This document shows positions 10,239-22,250 of a DNA stretch of 38,638 nt, one piece after another. Positions within the stretch are counted from its first letter, which is position 1; each line of letters starts with the position of its first letter. Under the pieces are notes generated by a model. The model made no database searches. It was not told where the DNA came from and saw only the letters and a program-made list of their open reading frames with translations. Both the position numbers and the translations under genes were made by a program. Source of the stretch: Macrostomum lignano (Eukaryota); NCBI GenBank assembly GCA_002269645.1, contig NIVC01004666.1, positions 1-38,638 on the forward strand, in the 5' to 3' direction.

Positions 10239-12311
10239 ATGTTTGACATGGTGGCTCTTTTATGTTTGACATGGTGGCTCTTTATTGTTCGACATGGTGG
10301 CTTTTTTATGTTTGACATGGTGGCTCTTGTATGTTCGACATGGTGGCTCTTTTAATGGTCGACATGGTGGCTCTTTAATGTTCTTCATGTTGGCTCTTTT
10401 ATGTTTGACATGCTGGCTTTTTTATGTTTGACATGGTGGCTCTTTTATGTTCGACATGGTGGCTCTTTTATGTTCTACATGGCTGCTCTTTTATGTTCGA
10501 CATGGTGGCTCTTGTATGTTCGACATGGTCGCTCTTTTGGGTTTGAAATGGTGGCTCTTTAATATTTGACAAGGTGGCCCTTTAATGTTTAACATGGTGG
10601 CTCTTTAAATTTCGAAATGGTGGCTCCTTAATTTTCGAAATGGTGGCTGTTTTATGTTTGACATGGTGGCTCTTTAATGTTCGACATGGTGGCTCTTTAA
10701 TGTTCTTAATGGTGTCTGTTTTATGTTTGACATGGTGGCTCTTTATTGTTCGACATGGTGGCTCTTTAGTTTTCGAAATGGTGGCTGTTTTATGTTTGAC
10801 ATGGTGGCTCTTTAATATTTGACAAGGTGGCCCTTTAATGTTTAACATGGTGGCTCTTTAATTTTCGAAATGGTGGCTCCTTAATTTTCGAAATGGTGGC
10901 TCTTTTATGTTTGACATGGTGGCTCTTTAATGTTCGACATGGTGGCTCTTTAATGTTCGACATGGTGGCTCTTTAATGTTCTTAATGGTGTCTGTTTTAT
11001 GTTCGACATGGTGGCTCTTTTATGTTCGACATGGTGGCTCTTTAATGTTCGACATGGTGGCTCATTTAGGTTTGAAATGGTGGCTCTTTAATGTTTGACA
11101 TTGTGGCTCTTTAATATTGGACAAGGTGGCTCTTTAATGTTCGACATGGTGGCTCCTTAATTTTCGAAATGGTGGCTCCTTAATTTTCGAAATGGTGGCT
11201 GCTTTATGTTTGACATGGTGGCTCTTTAATGTTTGACATGGTAACTCTTTTATGTTTGATATGGTGGCTCTTTTATGTTCGACATGGTGGCTCTTTAATG
11301 TTCGACATGGTGGCTCCTTTAGGTTTGAAATGGTGGCTCTTTAATGTTTGACATTGTGGCTCTTTTATGTTCGACATGGTGGCTCTTTTAGGTTTGACAT
11401 GGTGACTCTTAAATGTTTGACATGGTGGCTCTTTAATGTTTCACATGGTGGCTCTTTAATATTTGACATAAAGTCACATATATGTTTGACATGGTGGCTC
11501 CTAAATGTTTGACATGGTGGCTCTTTAATGTTCGACATGGTGGCTCCTTAATTTTCGAAATGGTGGCTCCTTAATTTTCGAAATGGTGGCTGCTTTATGT
11601 TTGACATGGTGGCTCTTTAATGTTTGACATGGTAACTCTTTTATGTTTGATATGGTGGCTCTTTTATGTTCGACATGGTGGCTCTTTAATGTTCGACATG
11701 GTGGCTCCTTTAGGTTTGAAATGGTGGCTCTTTAATGTTTGACATTGTGGCTCTTTTATGTTCGACATGGTGGCTCTTTTAGGTTTGACATGGTGACTCT
11801 TAAATGTTTGACATGGTGGCTCTTTAATGTTTCACATGGTGGCTCTTTAATATTTGACATAAAGTCACATATATGTTTGACATGGTGGCTCCTAAATGTT
11901 TGACATGGTGGCTCTTTATGTTTGACATGGTGGCTCTTTTATGTTCGACATGGTGGATCTTTTTTGTTCTACATGGTAACTCTTTTATGTTTGATACGGT
12001 GGCTTTTGAATGTCTGACATGTTGGCTCTTTTATGTTTGACATGGTGGCTCTTAATTGTTTGACATAGTGGCTCTTTAATGTTCAAAATGGTGGCTCTTT
12101 AATGTTCGAAATGGTGGCTCTTTAATGTTCGAAATGGTGGCTGTTTTATGTTTGACATGGTGGCTCTTTTATGTTTGACATGGTGGCTCTTTAATGTTCG
12201 ACATGGTAGCTCTTTAATGTTCGACATGGTAGCTCTTTTATGTTTGACATGGTAACTCTTTTATGTTCGATATGTTGGCTCTTCTATGTTTGACATTGCG
12301 CTTCTTTGATG
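10239..12311. repeat. 23-bp minisatellite B, about 90 units, with a 391-bp (17-mer) internal duplication
   Basis: The variant ATTTGACATAAAGTCACATA recurs at 11461 and 11852. Confidence 0.95.
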
Positions 12312-12367
12312 TTTAGCAGTTTTGTTGTGTTTTTAAGGTGTTTTAATAAAAAAATCTTTTTGCACTA

Positions 12368-12428
12368 CTATGATTCGAACCCAGGTCGCTACATTAGCAT
12401 TCCAGTCTGTTCGCATCAGGGCTATCTC
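12368..12428 (-). pseudogene. tRNA-derived (Ser-GCT-like) Pol III unit remnant in El2
   Basis: Minus strand TAGCCCTGATG (A-box-like) ... GAATGCTAATG ... GGGTTCGAATC (B-box), followed by T7. Confidence 0.6.
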
Positions 12429-13082
12429 TTTTCAATTGGAGAACATGAATTGTGGCCCTTATAATTCAATTCTTACAGCAAGTCAATTGGAGTAAAAAGT
12501 TATGACATAATCAATTTCTCAGTCAGCCAGTATCAGTCTCAATTTAAGTTAGCAATATGGTTACGCAATTTAAATCAAGTCGTGTGTGCATTTCTTCGGT
12601 ACTGTTTTTAACTTGTTGTGATGCAATCTTTATCACAATCGGAATTCAGTCAGTCAGTTTTTTCTCTAGCATTCTTACAATGCATTTCAGGTCGAAAGAG
12701 CTGCTTGACCTTTGCAAAAAAGCATGTTTTTCGAATATTTAATCCCTTTAAAATTGAGCAATTTCTTAGCCAAGATGCATGTACCGTCCCAGGAAAATTT
12801 CTGATCGAATGGTGCAAGTTTGAAGAAAATCGGTTGAGCCATTTTTTCTGAAATCTATCGCATACCTACCCACATACAGACAACTCATTTTTAGTATATA
12901 GGATACAAACCTTAGAGATTTAGTATATTTAGACTAGCAATCTTCGCCCCCGATGGGGGACATCTGGATAGAATCTCTGTTCTCTACAAGTAACAAAAAG
13001 ACAGCCAGAAAATCCTTCACAAAGACAACAGACAAACTGCTCAAATGAAGTGAATTGCAATAAGAAATCTTCCCAAGACCAC

Positions 13083-13752
13083 AAGCATCCCCAGATAGCA
13101 AGCATTCCCCGGATAGCAAGCATCCCTCAAATAGCAAGCATCCCCCAAGCAAATTCCCCAGATAGCAAGCATCCCTCAAATAGCAAGCATCCCCCAGATA
13201 GCAAGCATCCCCCAGATAGCAAGCATCCCCCAGATAGCAAGCATCCCCCAGATAGCAAGCATCCCCCAGATAGCAAGCATCCCCCAGATAGCAAGCATTC
13301 CCCAGATAGCAAACATTCCCCAGATAGCAAGCATTCCCCAGATAGCAAGCATCCCTCAGATAGCAAGCATACCCCAAATAGCAAGCATCCCTCAGATAGC
13401 AAGCATCCCTCAGATAGCAAGCATCCCCAGATAGCAAGCATCACTCAGATAGCAAGCATCCCTCAGATAGCAAGCATCCACCAGATAGCAAGCATCCCTC
13501 AGATAGCAAGCATCCCCCAAATTGCAAGCATCGCCCAGATAGCAAGCATCCCCCAGAAAGCAAGCATCCTCCAAATAGCAAGCATCCCCCAGATAGCAAG
13601 CATCACTCAGATAGCAAGCATCCCTCAGATAGCAAGCATCCACCAGATAGCAAGCATCCCTCAGATAGCAAGCATCCCCAAATTGCAAGCATCGCCCAGA
13701 TAGCAAGCATCCCCAGAAAGCAAGCATCCCCCAAATAGCAACCATCCACCAG
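13083..13752. repeat. 18-bp minisatellite A in El3
   Basis: Tandem GATAGCAAGCATCCCCCA units. Confidence 0.95.
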
Positions 13753-13851
13753 ACAAAAAGTAGCTAGAGCGACAATTTCCTTAGCTTTATAGTGGCTCCT
13801 TTAAATTGGCATGGCGCTTTATACCTTTACATTTGAAATTGTATATCTTGA

Positions 13852-15924
13852 ATGTTTGACATGGTGGCTCTTTTATGTTTGACATGGTGGCTCTTTATTG
13901 TTCGACATGGTGGCTTTTTTATGTTTGACATGGTGGCTCTTGTATGTTCGACATGGTGGCTCTTTTAATGGTCGACATGGTGGCTCTTTAATGTTCTTCA
14001 TGTTGGCTCTTTTATGTTTGACATGCTGGCTTTTTTATGTTTGACATGGTGGCTCTTTTATGTTCGACATGGTGGCTCTTTTATGTTCTACATGGCTGCT
14101 CTTTTATGTTCGACATGGTGGCTCTTGTATGTTCGACATGGTCGCTCTTTTGGGTTTGAAATGGTGGCTCTTTTATATTTGACAAGGTGGCCCTTTAATG
14201 TTTAACATGGTGGCTCTTTAAATTTCGAAATGGTGGCTCCTTAATTTTCGAAATGGTGGCTGTTTTATGTTTGACATGGTGGCTCTTTAATGTTCGACAT
14301 GGTGGCTCTTTAATGTTCTTAATGGTGTCTGTTTTATGTTTGACATGGTGGCTCTTTATTGTTCGACATGGTGGCTCTTTAGTTTTCGAAATGGTGGCTG
14401 TTTTATGTTTGACATGGTGGCTCTTTAATATTTGACAAGGTGGCCCTTTAATGTTTAACATGGTGGCTCTTTAATTTTCGAAATGGTGGCTCCTTAATTT
14501 TCGAAATGGTGGCTCTTTTATGTTTGACATGGTGGCTCTTTAATGTTCGACATGGTGGCTCTTTAATGTTCGACATGGTGGCTCTTTAATGTTCTTAATG
14601 GTGTCTGTTTTATGTTCGACATGGTGGCTCTTTTATGTTCGACATGGTGGCTCTTTAATGTTCGACATGGTGGCTCATTTAGGTTTGAAATGGTGGCTCT
14701 TTAATGTTTGACATTGTGGCTCTTTAATATTGGACAAGGTGGCTCTTTAATGTTCGACATGGTGGCTCCTTAATTTTCGAAATGGTGGCTCCTTAATTTT
14801 CGAAATGGTGGCTGCTTTATGTTTGACATGGTGGCTCTTTAATGTTTGACATGGTAACTCTTTTATGTTTGATATGGTGGCTCTTTTATGTTCGACATGG
14901 TGGCTCTTTAATGTTCGACATGGTGGCTCCTTTAGGTTTGAAATGGTGGCTCTTTAATGTTTGACATTGTGGCTCTTTTATGTTCGACATGGTGGCTCTT
15001 TTAGGTTTGACATGGTGACTCTTAAATGTTTGACATGGTGGCTCTTTAATGTTTCACATGGTGGCTCTTTAATATTTGACATAAAGTCACATATATGTTT
15101 GACATGGTGGCTCCTAAATGTTTGACATGGTGGCTCTTTAATGTTCGACATGGTGGCTCCTTAATTTTCGAAATGGTGGCTCCTTAATTTTCGAAATGGT
15201 GGCTGCTTTATGTTTGACATGGTGGCTCTTTAATGTTTGACATGGTAACTCTTTTATGTTTGATATGGTGGCTCTTTTATGTTCGACATGGTGGCTCTTT
15301 AATGTTCGACATGGTGGCTCCTTTAGGTTTGAAATGGTGGCTCTTTAATGTTTGACATTGTGGCTCTTTTATGTTCGACATGGTGGCTCTTTTAGGTTTG
15401 ACATGGTGACTCTTAAATGTTTGACATGGTGGCTCTTTAATGTTTCACATGGTGGCTCTTTAATATTTGACATAAAGTCACATATATGTTTGACATGGTG
15501 GCTCCTAAATGTTTGACATGGTGGCTCTTTATGTTTGACATGGTGGCTCTTTTATGTTCGACATGGTGGATCTTTTTTGTTCTACATGGTAACTCTTTTA
15601 TGTTTGATACGGTGGCTTTTGAATGTCTGACATGTTGGCTCTTTTATGTTTGACATGGTGGCTCTTAATTGTTTGACATAGTGGCTCTTTAATGTTCAAA
15701 ATGGTGGCTCTTTAATGTTCGAAATGGTGGCTCTTTAATGTTCGAAATGGTGGCTGTTTTATGTTTGACATGGTGGCTCTTTTATGTTTGACATGGTGGC
15801 TCTTTAATGTTCGACATGGTAGCTCTTTAATGTTCGACATGGTAGCTCTTTTATGTTTGACATGGTAACTCTTTTATGTTCGATATGTTGGCTCTTCTAT
15901 GTTTGACATTGCGCTTCTTTGATG
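13852..15924. repeat. 23-bp minisatellite B in El3
   Basis: Copy of 10239-12311. Confidence 0.95.
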
Positions 15925-15980
15925 TTTAGCAGTTTTGTTGTGTTTTTAAGGTGTTTTAATAAAAAAATCTTTTTGCACTA

Positions 15981-16041
15981 CTATGATTCGAACCCAGGTC
16001 GCTACATTAGCATTCCAGTCTGTTCGCATCAGGGCTATCTC
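15981..16041 (-). pseudogene. tRNA-derived Pol III unit remnant in El3
   Basis: Identical to 12368-12428. Confidence 0.6.
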
Positions 16042-16663
16042 TTTTCAATTGGAGAACATGAATTGTGGCCCTTATAATTCAATTCTTACAGCAAGTCAAT
16101 TGGAGTAAAAAGTTATGACATAATCAATTTCTCAGTCAGCCAGTATCAGTCTCAATTTAAGTTAGCAATATGGTTACGCAATTTAAATCAAGTCGTGTGT
16201 GCATTTCTTCGGTACTGTTTTTAACTTGTTGTGATGCAATCTTTATCACAATCGGAATTCAGTCAGTCAGTTTTTTCTCTAGCATTCTTACAATGCATTT
16301 CAGGTCGAAAGAGCTGCTTGACCTTTGCAAAAAAGCATGTTTTTCGAATATTTAATCCCTTTAAAATTGAGCAATTTCTTAGCCAAGATGCATGTACCGT
16401 CCCAGGAAAATTTCTGATCGAATGGTGCAAGTTTGAAGAAAATCGGTTGAGCCATTTTTTCTGAAATCTATCGCATACCTACCCACATACAGACAACTCA
16501 TTTTTAGTATATAGGACTAGCAATCTTCGCCCCCCGATGGGGGACATCTGGATAGAATCTCTGTTTTCTAAAGTAACAAAAAGACAGCCAAAAATCCTTC
16601 AAAAAGACAACAGACAAACTGCTCAAATGAAGTGCATTGCAAAAGAAATCATCCCAAGACTGC

Positions 16664-17090
16664 AAGCATCCCCCAGATAGCAAGCATCCCCTAGATAGCA
16701 AGCATCCCCAAGATGGCAAGCATCCCCCAGATAGCAAGCATCCCCAGATTGCAAGCATCCCCCAGATAGCAAGCATCCCCAAGATAGCAAGCATCCCTCA
16801 GATAGCAAGCATCCCCCAGATAGCAAGCATCCCCCAGATAGCAAGCATCCCCCAGATAGCAAGCATCCCCCAGAAAGCAAGCATCCCTCAGATAGCAAGC
16901 ATCCCCCAGATAGCAAGCATCCCCCAGATAGCAAGCATCCCCCAGATAGCAAGCATCCCCCAGATAGCAAGCATCCCCCAGATAGCAAGCATCCCCCAGA
17001 TAGCAAGCATCCCCCAGATAGCAAGCATCCCCCAGATAGCAAGCATCCCCAAGATAGATAGCATCCCCAAATAGCAAGCATCCACCAGAC
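16664..17090. repeat. 18-bp minisatellite A in El4
   Basis: Tandem units. Confidence 0.95.
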
Positions 17091-17179
17091 AATAAGTAGC
17101 TAGTGCGACAATTTCCTTAGCATTATAGCGGCTCCTTTAAAATTCGCTTACTTTTACGTTTGAAATTGTGTATCTTTTT

Positions 17180-19305
17180 ATGTTTAACAGGGTGGCTCTT
17201 TTATGTTCTACGCTCGTACATGGTAACTCTTTTATGTTTGATACGGTGGCTTTTCAATGTCTGACATAGTGGCTCTTCTATGTTTGACATGGGGGCTCTT
17301 CTATGTTTGACATGGGGGCTCTTCTATGTTTGACATGGGGGCTCTTCTATGTTTGACATGGGGGCTCTTCTATGTTTTACAAAGTGGCTTTTTAATGTTC
17401 AAAAAGGTGGCTCTTTTATGTTTGACATGGTGGCTCTTTAATGTTTGGCATGATGGCTCTTTAATGTTTGACATGGTGGCTCTTTAATGTTAGACAAAGT
17501 AGCTCTTTAATGTTTGACATGGTGGCTCTTTAATGTTAGACAAAGTAGCTCTTTAATGTTGATGGCTCTTTAATGACATGGTGGCTCTTTAATGTAGACA
17601 TGGTGGCTCTTTAATGTTCGACATTGACTTATATGTTTGACATGATGGCTCTTTAATGTTTACATGGTGGCTCTTTAATGTTTGACATGGTGCTCTTTAA
17701 TGTTCGACATGGTCTCTTAATGTTCGACATGGTGGCTCTTTTATGTTCGACATGGTGTCGCTTCAATGTTTGACATGGAGTTACGTATATGTTTTACATG
17801 GTGGCTCTTTATGTTCGACGTGGTGGCTCTTTAATGTTTGACATGGGTCTCTTCAATGTTTGACATGGAGTTACGTATATGTTTGACATGGTGGCTCTTT
17901 AATGTTTTACATGGTGGCACTTTCATGTTTGACCTGGTGGCTCTTAAATGTTTGACATGGTGGCTCTGTAATGTTTGACATGGTGTCTCTTTAACGTTTG
18001 ACATAGAGTCATGTATATGTTTGACATGGTGGCTCTTAAATGTTTGACATGGTGGCTCTTTAATATTTGACATGGTGGCCCTTTTATGTTCGACATGGTG
18101 GCTCTTTAATGTTTGACATGGAGTCATTATATATGTTTGACCTGGTGGCTCTTGTATTTTTAACACGTTGGCTCTTTAATGTTCGACATGGTGGCTCTTA
18201 AATGTCTAACATGGAGTCACGTATATGTTTGACATGGAGTCATGTATATGTCTGGTATGGTAGCTCTTAATGTTTTACATGGAGTCACCTATATGTTTCA
18301 CATGGTGGCTATTTTATGTTTGACATGGTGCTTCTTAAATGTTCGACATGGTGGCTCTTTAATGTTTTACATGGTGGCACTTTCATGTTTGACCTGGTGG
18401 CTCTTTAATGTTTGACATGGTGGCTCTTTAATATTTGACATGGTGGCCCTTTTATGTTCGACATGGTGGCTCTTTAATGTTTGACATGGAGTCATGTATA
18501 TGTTTGACCTGGTGGCTCTTTAATGTTTGACATGGTGGCTCTTTAATGTTTTACATGGTGGCACTTTCATGTTTGACCTGGTGGCTCTTTAATGTTTGAC
18601 ATGGTGGCTCTTTAATATTTGACATGGTGGCCCTTTTATGTTCGACATGGTGGCTCTTTAATGTTTGACATGGAGTCATGTATATGTTTGACCTGGTGGC
18701 ACTTTCATGTTTGACCTGGTGGCTCTTTAATGTTTGACATGGTGGCTTTTTAATATTTGACATGGTGGCACTTTCATGTTTGACCTGGTGGGTCTTTAAT
18801 GTTTGACATGGTACCTCTTTTATTTTCGACATGGTGGCTCTTTAATGTTTTACATGGTGGCTCTTTAATGTTTGACATGGTGGCTCTTTAATGTTTGATA
18901 AGGTGGCTCTTTAATGTTTGACATGGTGGCTCTTTAATATTTGACAAGGTGGCTCTTTAATGTTTAAAATGGTGGCTCTTTAATGTTCGAAATGGTGGCT
19001 GTTTTATGTTTGACATGGTGGCTCTTTAATGTTCGACATGGTGGCTCTTTAATGTTCTTAATGGTGTCTGTTTTATGTTTGACCTGGCGGCTCTTTAATG
19101 TTTGACATGGTGGCTTTTTAATGTTCGACATGGTGGCTCTTTTAGTTTGAAATGGTAACTCTTTATGTTTGACATGGTGGCTCTTTTATGTTCGACATGG
19201 TGGCTCTTTAATGTTTGACATTGTGGCTCTTTAATGTTTGAAATGGTGGCTCTTTAATGTTTGACACTCTTTACTCTTTAATGTTTCGACATGGTGGCTC
19301 TTTAA
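17180..19305. repeat. 23-bp minisatellite B in El4 (includes GGAGTCATGTATATG variant units)
   Basis: Tandem units. Confidence 0.95.
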
Positions 19306-19360
19306 TGTTGAGAATTTTGTGTTTTTTAACGTGTTTTAATAAAAAAAACATTTTTCACCA

Positions 19361-19420
19361 CTAAGATTCGAACCAAGGTCGCTACATTAGCATTCCAGTC
19401 TGTTTGCATCCGGCTATCTC
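19361..19420 (-). pseudogene. tRNA-derived Pol III unit remnant in El4
   Basis: Minus strand TAGCCGGATGC...GCTAATG...TTGGTTCGAATC, followed by T8. Confidence 0.55.
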
Positions 19421-20679
19421 TTTTCAATTGGAGAACATGACTTGTGGCCCTATAATTCAATACTTATAGCAAGTCGGTAAGAGTAAAAAGTTATGACATA
19501 ATCAATTTCTCAGTCAGCCAGTATCAGTCTCAATTCAAGTTAGCAATATGGTTACGCAATTTCAATGAAGTCTTGTGTGCGTTTCTGTGGCACTGTTTTC
19601 ACCTTGTTGTGATGCAATCTTTATCACAATCGTAATTCAGCCAGTCAGTTTTTTCTCTAGCATTCTTACAATGCATTTCAAGTCAAAAATTTGGCTTGAC
19701 CTTTGCAAAAAAGCATGTTTTTCGAATATTTAATCCCTTTAACATTGAGCAATTTCTTAGCCAAGATACATGTACCGTCCCAGGAACATTTCTGATCGAA
19801 TGGTGCAAGTTTGAAGAAAATCGGTTGAGCCATTTTTTCTGAAATCTATCGCATAGCTAGTTAGTTACAGACATTTCATTTTTAGTATATAGGATGTTGC
19901 AGTGCAAAATACTTCAGTAGAAATAGCAGGTTAAAATCACAATTTGCAGTACATTTTGATTAAATAGTCAAGCCCACACCCCAATCACCAGCAGTCAACC
20001 CACACCACTAAACAGCCAATCAGAATGCAGATACCCCTCCCTACCCTGTCTGCAATCTCTTCGTTTCCAGACTAAATCCGCTGGGGTGGGTGGGCTCTGA
20101 ATATTGTGGTGTGATCTCACGACGCTAATTGAACTACCACGGCCAACCCCTCTCAACGTTGTCTGCGACTTATCGTTTTTCACACTCATGAAGAGCAGCA
20201 TAAACTTTATTAGTCATTTATCCAGTTCATCTGAACTTGTTTGTGTTTACTCCATTTTCTCACCCCTCTCTATCTAATTCAGTCTTCTTATTCTTTTCTC
20301 TGTTTGTAGCCGCCGTCTCATTAGCTCTATAATCTCGCGCCTATCTCCAACACCCCTCCTAATTCTTACTTGCAATCAACCCTAACCCCGGAGTTTACAC
20401 CTGAGTCATTGAAATGACTAAGAAAGTAGCAACAATTAAAAAGTGCAGGGTATTCTGTGTTGTTTACCGCTTCAAACTGGTTTTGATTCAACCTCCCCAG
20501 GCCCAGCTTGGCTTTAGTCACCCAACCAACACTGTGCTCTCACCCCTTCTCTCTGTCCAGTGTGAGCTTCACCCTAAGCCGTGCATAGCTTAGCCCCAAC
20601 CCGTCCAGCCACTGCCGTCACTCTTGCTTAGCTTCATTTGTCAATCTCAGCCCTGAGTGGCTAATCCCCACACGACACG

Positions 20680-20736
20680 GCCAATCGGGTTGGGCCAGCA
20701 CCAACCCACCCCAGAAAGTTTTGCTATATATATATA
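20680..20736 (+). promoter_or_regulatory. Candidate CCAAT and TATA elements upstream of the zinc-knuckle ORF
   Basis: GGCCAATC at ~20679 and CTATATATATATAC at ~20724, about 70-80 nt upstream of ATG 20803. Motif match only. Confidence 0.3.
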
Positions 20737-20802
20737 CTGTAGATTCTTACTCGACGCCAACTTAAGATATCCAAACAAATTAATCAGAAATCAAACTTAA
20801 TC

Positions 20803-21351
20803 ATGAAAATAACAATCGTAGAAAAGTCAAACAGCCGGCAGCGCCGCCCACGCCATCCCCGAACACGTAAGTATTGCATACATTGCTGGTTACTACTTTA
20901 TCATTTAATCACCCCCCCCCCTAGACCTTGCTTTCTCTCTTCTTGACTCTGAGAAGCAAACAAACCAATCAATCGCCAACCAATCAAGAATATATATAGC
21001 ATTCTTGAGAACCAAAATCTCATTTTTATACAGGGTTTCTTGCTATCATTCAGTCTGTGAATTTTAATACATTCTCGGTTACTACCCAATACTACATTAT
21101 CATTTAAACCCTGAATTTGCTTTCTTTCATCTTATTCTGAGAAGCAAACAAAAAGCGAATGCACATTATTCTTATATACGAACCAAAATCTCATTTAATT
21201 CCGGCCCCGGGCTTACGTAGTAATCAAACATGCTGTTTATTTTAAAATTAACAATTTAACCATCCTTACTTCCTTTCATAGCTGCGGCCTGTTACTTCTG
21301 CGGAGACACAAACCACAAGGTAGCCAAATGCGACGCTCTCCACACCCAAAT

Positions 21352-21387
<36 letters not shown>

Positions 21388-21766
21388 TTTCCCCTGGGAT
21401 TTACTCCCAGCCTGCTGGGTAATCAGCAGGCCCTATCCGGCGCCGCGTCTTTGTCGCGGGGGGGAGGCAACGCCCGTTCTTCGGGCGGCGAAGAGCGCCG
21501 GGAATCGGTCACCGCTCCTGGCTCAGGGGCGGTGGATGTGGCTCGGTCCGGCCCTCTGTGCTCAGCCTTTGTCGCTGGCTCTGTCAGCGGTAGGGGTTTG
21601 GTACCTGGTCCGGTTATTTCGAGCTCGGTCCGCAGTCAACAACAACAGCAACAGCAGCAGCAACAGCAACAGCAGGAGCAGGAGCAGCAGCAACAGCAGC
21701 AGAAGCAGCAACAGCAGCAGAAGCAGAAGAAATAAGCAGCAGCAGCAGCAGCAGAATAACTTATAA
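20803..21766 (+). CDS. Candidate 2-exon gene: CCHC zinc-knuckle plus poly-Q/low-complexity protein (exons 20803-20866 and 21282-21766)
   Basis: ATG in A-3 context. A phase-1 intron GTAAGT (20867) to TTCCTTTCATAG (21281) joins in frame, giving MKITIVEKSNSRQRRPRHPRTPAACYFCGDTNHKVAKCDALHTQMQQQQ..., with an exact C-X2-C-X4-H-X4-C. Confidence 0.55.
21352..21755. repeat. (CAG/CAA)n microsatellite tracts at ~21352-21388, 21636-21730 and 21736-21755
   Basis: Directly visible. Confidence 0.9.
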
Positions 21767-21852
21767 CTTATGCAACTTATGCAAATATATTTTGAAATTT
21801 GAAATTTGCTGAACAGAGTGTGCTTTCTGACCTTTCTCCTTTGAATTAGTGT

Positions 21853-22250
21853 AGAGCAGACATAATCAATTTCTCTATTATTATTAAAGTTAACAATATG
21901 GTTACGCAATATAAATTGAGTACTGTGCTATGCTTTCACACTCAACGCTGTGACGCAATTCAATTGAGTGTCTTGTGTATTGTGATGCAATCTATTTTAG
22001 AATCAGAATTCAACCAGTCAGTTTTTCTGCTAGCATTCTTACAATGCATTTCGATGCTTGACCTTTGCAAAAAAGCATGTTTTTCGAATATTTAATCCCT
22101 TTAGCATCGAGCAATTTCTTAGCCACGATGCATGTACCGTCACGGAAAAATTTCTGATCGATTGGTGCAAGTTCGAAGAAAATCGGTTGAGCCGTTTTTG
22201 CTAAAATCGATCACACACACACACACACACACACACATACCGACAGACCA
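21853..22250 (-). mobile_element. Helitron core fragment El5 (El6 subfamily), lacking the terminal ~15 bp of the 5' end and any 3' end
   Basis: Shares the El6-type deletion (CATTTCGATGCTTGACC) and a (CA)n tract at 22212-22237. Diverges from El6 right after GACAGACCA. Confidence 0.75.

Larger units (their letters stand above)
9313..12903 (-). mobile_element. Non-autonomous Helitron El2 (3591 bp): core, tRNA-like unit, satB, satA, hairpin-CTAG
   Basis: Minus-strand 3' end GTCCCCCATCGGGGGGCGAAGATTGCTAG|T and 5' end A|TCCTATATAC. No coding capacity. Confidence 0.9.
12934..16516 (-). mobile_element. Non-autonomous Helitron El3 (3583 bp), near-identical to El2
   Basis: Same termini. The satB-to-core region matches El2 at an offset of 3613 (identical ORFs at 10582/14195 and 12557/16170). 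Confidence 0.9.
16517..19894 (-). mobile_element. Non-autonomous Helitron El4 (3378 bp), diverged sister of El2/El3
   Basis: Direct CTAG|TC junction with El3 at 16517/16516. 5' end A|TCCTATATAC at 19895/19894. SatA and satB variants differ from El3. Confidence 0.9.

Noticed and set aside
21290-21331. Zinc knuckle as nanos or as an LTR-retrotransposon gag
   Set aside because: The spacing is the retroviral-type CX2CX4HX4C rather than the nanos type, and no LTRs, protease or RT are nearby; an intron argues against an intact gag.
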